Source: Novosphingobium sp. (lineage in GTDB: Bacteria > Pseudomonadota > Alphaproteobacteria > Sphingomonadales > Sphingomonadaceae). From it: a DNA stretch of 58,679 nucleotides. The stretch spans positions 1-58,679 of the forward strand of contig JBKBSV010000001.1 in the NCBI GenBank assembly GCA_046291115.1, given 5' to 3'. How positions within the stretch are numbered: the stretch's first letter is position 1; every line of letters begins with the position of its first letter. A program made the position numbers and the translations under genes. The notes beneath the pieces are model-generated. The model ran no database searches. It saw nothing but the letters and a program-made list of their open reading frames with translations, and was not told where the DNA came from. Positions 52,565-58,679 of the stretch are shown here, piece after piece.

Positions 52565-52675
52565 TGCCTTCTCCCCTCGCTATGCCCAGCCGCTGATCGG
52601 CTTTTTGGGTGGTGCGTCCGTCATGCCGCTGCTGGCCACGAAGTCCATAAGCATACGTATGACCAGGGCAGTTTA

Positions 52676-52689
52676 TGTTAACGTTCACA
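52676..52689. promoter_or_regulatory. LacI-family operator-like palindrome
   Basis: TGTTAACGTTCACA with central CG, upstream of the sugar transporter. Confidence 0.6.
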
Positions 52690-52779
52690 AAGGTCAAGCA
52701 GAAGTCCGCGCTGATCCCCTGCGCTGGCCAGAGGGCCCCTTGGCTGTTAGGTGCGGTGCGGCAAGCGGGAGACGATGCA

Positions 52780-53232
52780 ATGGCCGGATTGTGGTTTGAC
52801 GAACTGGAAGTGGGGCAGCGTTTCGAGCACGCGATCCGCCGCACCGTGACCGAGACGGACAACCTGCTGTTCACCACTCTGAGCCACAATCCCGCCCAGC
52901 TGCACCTTGACGCCGAATACATGAAGGAAAGCGATTACGGCCGGGTGCTGGTCAATTCCTGCTTCACGCTCAGCCTGATGGTTGGCGTCAGTGTGGGGGA
53001 CACCACACTGGGCACGGCAGTGGCCAATCTGGGCTGGGACGAGGTGCGCTTTCCCAAGCCGGTGTTCGTCGGCGATACGCTGAACATCGTCACCGAAGTG
53101 CTGGAACTGCGCGAATCAAAATCGCGGCATGATGCGGGGATCGTCACTTTCCGGCACGAGGCCTGGAACCAGCATGGCGAGCTGGTTGCAAGCTGCAAAC
53201 GCTCTGGCCTGCAACGGAAAAGGCCGGCCTGA
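52780..53232 (+). CDS. MaoC-family dehydratase
   Basis: [29 protein letters not shown]. Confidence 0.92.
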   Translation: MAGLWFDELEVGQRFEHAIRRTVTETDNLLFTTLSHNPAQLHLDAEYMKESDYGRVLVNSCFTLSLMVGVSVGDTTLGTAVANLGWDEVRFPKPVFVGDTLNIVTEVLELRESKSRHDAGIVTFRHEAWNQHGELVASCKRSGLQRKRPA

Positions 53233-53303
53233 AAGCCAGCTTGTCCGGGCCAAGGAATTGCTATGCTCGCAATTGCAGCAAAGGCAGTCTAGGACCATCC
53301 CTC

Positions 53304-54218
53304 ATGACTGTCCGATTGACCCACCTTCAGCGGCTTGAGGCCGAGGCGATCCACATCATGCGCGAAGTCGTGGCCGAGGCGCAGCGCCCGGTCATGCTCT
53401 ATTCGGTGGGCAAGGACAGCGCGGTGATGCTGCACCTGGCGCGCAAGGCATTCTATCCCAGCCCGCCGCCGTTTCCGCTGCTGCACGTCGATACCACCTG
53501 GAAGTTCCAGGCGATGTATGAACTGCGCGACCGGATGGCGGCGGAATCCGGCATGGAATTGCTGATCTATCAGAACCCGGAAGCGACTGAACAAGGCATC
53601 AATCCGTTCGATCATGGCCCCCTGCACACCGACATGTGGAAGACCGAAGGGCTCAAGCAGGCGCTCGACAAATGGGGCTTCGATGCCGCGTTCGGCGGGG
53701 CGCGCCGCGATGAAGAGAAAAGCCGGGCCAAGGAGCGGATCTTCAGCTTCCGCACCGCCAGCCACGGCTGGGATCCCAAGAACCAGCGTCCGGAGCTGTG
53801 GAACCTCTACAACGCCAAGAAGCACAAGGGCGAAAGCATCCGCGTCTTCCCGATCAGCAACTGGACCGAGCTGGACATCTGGCAGTACATCCAGGTCAAC
53901 GATGTGCCGATCGTCCCGCTCTATTTCGCCGCGCCGCGCCCGACCTACGAGTGGGACGGGCAGCTGTTCATGGCTGATGACATTCCCCGGCTGGAACAGG
54001 TGCTGGGCAAGCGGCCCGAGATTGTCGAGCGTTCGGTGCGGTTCCGCACCTTGGGCTGCTTCCCGCTGACCGGTGCGGTGGAAAGCACCGCCAGCACGCT
54101 GTCCGAAGTGATCCAGGAAACGCTGCTGACCACCACCAGCGAGCGGCAGGGCCGGGTGATCGACAAGGATGCGGGCGGAGCCGGGATGGAAGTCAAGAAG
54201 CAGCAGGGGTATTTCTGA
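53304..54218 (+). CDS. cysD: Sulfate adenylyltransferase subunit 2
   Basis: [30 protein letters not shown]. Confidence 0.97.
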   Translation: MTVRLTHLQRLEAEAIHIMREVVAEAQRPVMLYSVGKDSAVMLHLARKAFYPSPPPFPLLHVDTTWKFQAMYELRDRMAAESGMELLIYQNPEATEQGINPFDHGPLHTDMWKTEGLKQALDKWGFDAAFGGARRDEEKSRAKERIFSFRTASHGWDPKNQRPELWNLYNAKKHKGESIRVFPISNWTELDIWQYIQVNDVPIVPLYFAAPRPTYEWDGQLFMADDIPRLEQVLGKRPEIVERSVRFRTLGCFPLTGAVESTASTLSEVIQETLLTTTSERQGRVIDKDAGGAGMEVKKQQGYF

Positions 54219-54219
54219 G

Positions 54220-56133
54220 ATGAACGACCCCGTCTATGTCACCGATGCCCTGATTGCCGAGGACATCGACGCCTATCTCGCCGCCCACCAGCACAAGGAC
54301 ATGCTGCGCTTCATCACCTGCGGCAGCGTCGATGACGGCAAGTCCACGCTGATCGGGCGGCTGCTTTATGACAGCAAGATGATCTTCGAAGATCAGCTGG
54401 CCGCGCTGGAAATGGACAGCAAGAAGGTCGGCACCCAGGGGCAGGAGATCGACTTTGCCCTGCTGGTCGATGGGCTGGCCGCAGAGCGCGAACAGGGCAT
54501 CACGATCGACGTTGCTTACCGCTTCTTCAATACCGAGAAGCGCAAGTTCATTGTCGCCGATTGCCCGGGCCATGAACAATATACCCGCAACATGGTGACC
54601 GGGGCCAGCACGGCGGACCTGGCGGTGATCCTGATCGACGCGCGCAAGGGCGTGCTGGTCCAGACCCGGCGGCATACCTACCTGTGCCACCTGATCGGCA
54701 TCCGCCACCTGGTCCTGGCGGTCAACAAGATGGACCTGGTCGATTATGATCAGGCCACTTTCGATGCGATCGTGGCGGACTATGCCGCCTTCGCGCAGAG
54801 CATCGGGATCGATAGCTTCACCGCGCTGCCGATTTCCGGCTTCAAGGGCGACAACATCACCGCGCTATCGGCCAATACCCCATGGTTCACCGGGCCGACT
54901 TTGGTCGAACACCTTGAAACGGTGGAAGTCGATACGGCCGCCGATCAGGCCTTGCCGCTGCGCTTGCCGGTGCAATGGGTCAACCGGCCCAACCTCGATT
55001 TCCGGGGTTTTTCCGGGCTGATCGCCAGCGGCACCGTGCGCCCTGGTGATGCGGTGCGGGTATTGCCATCGGGCAAGACCAGCACGGTCGAGCGGATTGT
55101 GACGCTGGACGGCGATCTTGGTCTGGCCGTTGCCGGCCAGTCGATCACCCTGACCCTGGCGGACGAGATCGACTGCTCGCGCGGCGACGTAATCGCCGCT
55201 GCCGATGCTCCGCCGCAGGCTGCGGACCAGTTTGAGGCCACGCTTGTGTGGATGGATGACAATCCGCTCCAGGTTGGGCGCGGCTATTGGCTGAAGCTGG
55301 GGGCACAGACCGTCTCGGCCACGTTGCAGCAGCCCAAGTATACCCTCAACGTCAACACGCTGGACCGGCTGGCGGCCAAGACGCTGGATCTCAACGCGAT
55401 CGGGGTGGCCGAACTGACGACCGATCGGCCGCTGGTGTTCGAACCCTATACCCAGAGCCGCAGTCTTGGCGGTTTTATCCTGATCGACAAGTTGACCAAC
55501 CGCACGGTTGCGGCAGGCATGCTCAACTTCGCGCTACGCCGCGCCCAGAACGTCCACTGGCAGGCGCTCGACATCAGCCGCGAGGCGCATGCCGCGCTCA
55601 AGCACCAGCAGCCCGCCGTGCTGTGGTTCACCGGCCTGTCGGGATCGGGCAAGTCGACCATTGCCAACCTGGTCGAGAAGAAGCTCCATGCGCTGGGCAA
55701 GCACACCTTCCTGCTCGATGGCGACAATGTCCGTCATGGTCTCAACAAGGACCTGGGCTTTACCGAGGCCGACCGGATCGAGAATATCCGCCGGGTCGGT
55801 GAAGTGGCCAAGCTGATGGCCGATGCCGGGCTGATCGTGCTGACCGCCTTCATCAGTCCGTTCACGGCAGAGCGCGACATGGTCCGGGCGATGCTGCCAG
55901 AGGGCGAATTCATCGAGGTGTTTGTCGATACCCCGCTGGAAGTGGCTGAGGCGCGTGACGTGAAGGGGCTCTACAAGAAGGCCCGCAGCGGCGAGCTCAA
56001 GAACTTCACCGGGATCGACAGCCCCTATGAGCCACCGGCGAATCCGGAACTGCGGGTCGACACGACCAGCGAAAGCCCGGAAGACGCGGCCGAACGGATC
56101 GTGGCCCATCTGCTGGCGCGGGGGACGGCATGA
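54220..56133 (+). CDS. cysNC: Bifunctional sulfate adenylyltransferase subunit 1 / APS kinase
   Basis: [19 protein letters not shown], then [28 protein letters not shown]. Confidence 0.97.
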   Translation: MNDPVYVTDALIAEDIDAYLAAHQHKDMLRFITCGSVDDGKSTLIGRLLYDSKMIFEDQLAALEMDSKKVGTQGQEIDFALLVDGLAAEREQGITIDVAYRFFNTEKRKFIVADCPGHEQYTRNMVTGASTADLAVILIDARKGVLVQTRRHTYLCHLIGIRHLVLAVNKMDLVDYDQATFDAIVADYAAFAQSIGIDSFTALPISGFKGDNITALSANTPWFTGPTLVEHLETVEVDTAADQALPLRLPVQWVNRPNLDFRGFSGLIASGTVRPGDAVRVLPSGKTSTVERIVTLDGDLGLAVAGQSITLTLADEIDCSRGDVIAAADAPPQAADQFEATLVWMDDNPLQVGRGYWLKLGAQTVSATLQQPKYTLNVNTLDRLAAKTLDLNAIGVAELTTDRPLVFEPYTQSRSLGGFILIDKLTNRTVAAGMLNFALRRAQNVHWQALDISREAHAALKHQQPAVLWFTGLSGSGKSTIANLVEKKLHALGKHTFLLDGDNVRHGLNKDLGFTEADRIENIRRVGEVAKLMADAGLIVLTAFISPFTAERDMVRAMLPEGEFIEVFVDTPLEVAEARDVKGLYKKARSGELKNFTGIDSPYEPPANPELRVDTTSESPEDAAERIVAHLLARGTA

Positions 56134-56858
56134 CCGACGCCGAACTCGCCGCGTTCCTCGCCCAGGAAGCCGGGCGCATGCTGCTGATCTTGCAGCATTC
56201 CGGCCACTATGCCGGCAAGGAACTGGGGCATGAGGGTGACCGGATCGCCAACGATTTCCTGATGGGCATGATCAGGATGCGGCGCGGCAGCGATGCAGTG
56301 CTGTGCGAGGAAGAGAAGGACAGTGCCGCGCGCCTCTCCGCCAGCCGGACCTGGATCATCGATCCGCTGGATGGCACCCGCGAATTCAGTGAAGGGCGCA
56401 GCGACTGGGCGGTGCACGTGGCGCTGGCGATCGATGGCAAGCCGACAGTCGGCGCGGTGGCGCTGCCGGGGCTGGGGCTGCTGCTGCGCTCCGACCTGCC
56501 GATCTGGATCACCCCGCCGCCAGCCAGGCTGCGCATGGTGGTCAGCCGCAGCCGCCCGCCGGCCGAGGCGATGGCGGTGGCCGGGACGCTTGATGCCGAA
56601 GTGATCCCGATGGGCAGCGCCGGGGCCAAGGCCATGGCCGTGATCCGGGGTGAGGCGGACATTTATCTTCATTCCGGCGGGCAATATGAATGGGACAGCT
56701 GTGCCCCCGTGGCCGTGGCGCTGGCCCATGGCCTGCACGCCAGCCGGATCGACGGCAGTGCGCTGGTTTACAACCAGGCCGACCCCTACATGCCGGACCT
56801 GCTGATCTGCCGCAAGGAGCACGCCGCGCTGGTGCTGGATAGCCTGGCATCCGCCTGA
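56130..56858 (+). CDS. cysQ: 3'(2'),5'-bisphosphate nucleotidase
   Basis: [22 protein letters not shown]. Confidence 0.92.
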   Translation: MTDAELAAFLAQEAGRMLLILQHSGHYAGKELGHEGDRIANDFLMGMIRMRRGSDAVLCEEEKDSAARLSASRTWIIDPLDGTREFSEGRSDWAVHVALAIDGKPTVGAVALPGLGLLLRSDLPIWITPPPARLRMVVSRSRPPAEAMAVAGTLDAEVIPMGSAGAKAMAVIRGEADIYLHSGGQYEWDSCAPVAVALAHGLHASRIDGSALVYNQADPYMPDLLICRKEHAALVLDSLASA

Positions 56859-56980
56859 TCGGCGCGGCCTGATCCCGTTTGTTTGCTTGACAGGTTCGCC
56901 TGTGCTCCGGTTTGGTGGCCGTGACCGGCGGGGCGGCGATTCCACCGGCTGGACCAGATCAAGAGGTGAGAGGACATCCC

Positions 56981-57763
56981 ATGAAGTTTGACAGCACCAC
57001 TGCCGCGGTCGTGACTGGCGGCGCTTCCGGCCTTGGCCGCGCCACCGCCGAGGCGCTTTCCGCCGCCGGGCTCAAAGTGGCGATTTTCGACATCAACGAA
57101 ACGCTGGGCGAGGAAGTAGCCCGAGCGATCGGCGGCCTGTTCTGCAAGGTCGATATTACGTCAGAGGAATCGGTGATCGCCGGCTTTGCCAAGGCCCGCG
57201 CCGCCCACGGGCAGGAACGCATCACCGTCCACTGCGCGATGACCAGCCGCCGCGGAAAGACGCTGGCCTATGACAAGGAAGCCGGCAAGCTGCGCCGGAC
57301 CCCGACCGCGGACTATGAATACGGCGTGCAGGGCATTCTGGTTGCCTCTTACCGGATCGCTTCGATTTCAGCCGAAGGCATGGCGACGCTCGATCCGCTG
57401 GAAGACGGCGAGCGCGGCTGCATCACCCTGACGGCTTCGGTTGCGGCGCAGGACGGGCAGATCGGGCAAGTCATCTACGGTTCGGCCAAGGCCGGGGTGA
57501 ACGGGCTGGTCCTGCCGATGGCGCGCGATCTTTCAGAGATCGGCATCCGCGTGAACTCGATCATGCCCGGCATCTTCGCCACCCCGCTGATGCTGGGGGC
57601 CAAGCCGCAGGTGCTGGAAAGCCTGGCTGCCTCGGTGCCGTTTCCCAAGCGGCTGGGCAAACCGGAAGAATTCGCCAGCCTGGCGCTGGAATTGGCTCGC
57701 AACAGCTATTTCAACGGCCAGTGCATCCGGCTAGACGGTGCGATCCGGATGGCGCCGCGTTAA
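56981..57763 (+). CDS. SDR oxidoreductase (3-hydroxyacyl-CoA dehydrogenase type II-like)
   Basis: VTGGASGLG, TASVAAQDGQIGQ..YGSAK, IRLDGAIRM. Confidence 0.92.
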   Translation: MKFDSTTAAVVTGGASGLGRATAEALSAAGLKVAIFDINETLGEEVARAIGGLFCKVDITSEESVIAGFAKARAAHGQERITVHCAMTSRRGKTLAYDKEAGKLRRTPTADYEYGVQGILVASYRIASISAEGMATLDPLEDGERGCITLTASVAAQDGQIGQVIYGSAKAGVNGLVLPMARDLSEIGIRVNSIMPGIFATPLMLGAKPQVLESLAASVPFPKRLGKPEEFASLALELARNSYFNGQCIRLDGAIRMAPR

Positions 57764-57769
57764 GCGGCG

Positions 57770-58639
57770 CTACAGGGTCTTGATGATGCCGGAGAAGTCC
57801 ATGCCGCCGTTCCCTGCGGCAGCGAAGGCTTCGTAGAGTTCCTCGGCCCGCGCGCCCATCGGCACCTTGGCCCCGGCGGCCTTGGCGGCTTCCATCGCCA
57901 GCTTGAGGTCTTTCAGCATCAGCGCGGCGGCGAACCCGCCCTGGTATCCGTTGTCGGCCGGGCTGGCCGGGCCGACACCGGGGACCGGGCAATAGCTGGT
58001 CATCGACCACGACTGGCCCGAGGCCTTGCTGGAAATGTCGTAGAAGGTCTGCAGGTCCAGCCCGAGCTTCCCGGCGAGGACAAAGGCCTCGCAGGTGGCG
58101 ATCATCGTCGCGCCCAGGATCATGTTGTTGCAGATCTTGGCGGCTTGTCCCGCGCCGCTGGCCCCGGCGTGGATCACCGCCTTGCCCATGGCAGAGAGGA
58201 TCGGTTCGGCCGCAGCGAAGGCCGCATCGCTGCCGCCGACCATGAAGGTCAGCGTGCCGCCACTGGCCGCCGCGATCCCGCCGGATACGGGCGCATCGAC
58301 CATGGCATAGCCTGCCGCAGCGGCGGCAGCGGCCACACTGCGGGCAGTGGCGACAGCGATGGTCGAGCAATCCAGCAGCAGGGCCGAGGTGGGGGCCTGG
58401 CCGATCACGTCGGCGGTATAGACGCTTTCGACGATCTGGCCGTTGGGCAGCATCGACACGACCGCTTCCGCGCCCTGCACCGCATCCCGCACCGAAGTGT
58501 GGGCCGCGCAGCCGTTGTCCTTGGCGCGGGCGAGGGCCTGTGCCGACAGGTCGAAGGCATGAACCTCATGGCCCCCCTTGACCAGGTTCGCGGCCATCCC
58601 GCCGCCCATGTTGCCAAGGCCGATGAAGGCGATTTTCAT
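57770..58639 (-). CDS. mmsB: 3-hydroxyisobutyrate dehydrogenase
   Basis: FIGLGNMG, DAPVSGG, AKICNN, YCPVPG, LMLKDL. Confidence 0.95.
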   Translation of the reverse strand: MKIAFIGLGNMGGGMAANLVKGGHEVHAFDLSAQALARAKDNGCAAHTSVRDAVQGAEAVVSMLPNGQIVESVYTADVIGQAPTSALLLDCSTIAVATARSVAAAAAAAGYAMVDAPVSGGIAAASGGTLTFMVGGSDAAFAAAEPILSAMGKAVIHAGASGAGQAAKICNNMILGATMIATCEAFVLAGKLGLDLQTFYDISSKASGQSWSMTSYCPVPGVGPASPADNGYQGGFAAALMLKDLKLAMEAAKAAGAKVPMGARAEELYEAFAAAGNGGMDFSGIIKTL

Positions 58640-58679
58640 GGTACCACCCTTTCGTCATTACCAGCGCAGCGCAGCAATC

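Overview
High-GC alphaproteobacterial chromosome segment. Gene content suggests Sphingomonadales (Novosphingobium/Erythrobacter-like); this is an inference. It is mostly core housekeeping genes (rpmJ, galE, cdd, dnaB, rpoZ, ftsH, coaBC, dut, trpS, murJ, secB, mltA, prfC, katG, lysC, ubiG, aroC, pheST, rplT-rpmI, cysD-cysNC-cysQ, mmsB). It also carries a TetR/TonB receptor pair, two tandem AraC paralogs, a six-gene coupled operon ending in pnuC plus a NadR-type kinase, and a large secreted HExxH protein. I saw no rRNA, tRNA, CRISPR, transposase, integrase or phage genes. The most unusual signal lies in the apparently intergenic gaps, several of which look like collapsed genes whose start is joined directly to their end. 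Examples are a glnK'-'amtB chimera still behind sigma54/NtrC-like sites, a DUF3667 remnant, a gamma-glutamylcyclotransferase remnant, an in-frame deletion in a GDPD gene and two collapsed REP-like palindromes. Together these suggest ongoing deletional streamlining. Other oddities are rplT lacking its stop codon and a long acidic insert in CoaBC. Family calls come from motif recognition by eye and no database search was run. I cannot confirm a wholly new biological system.
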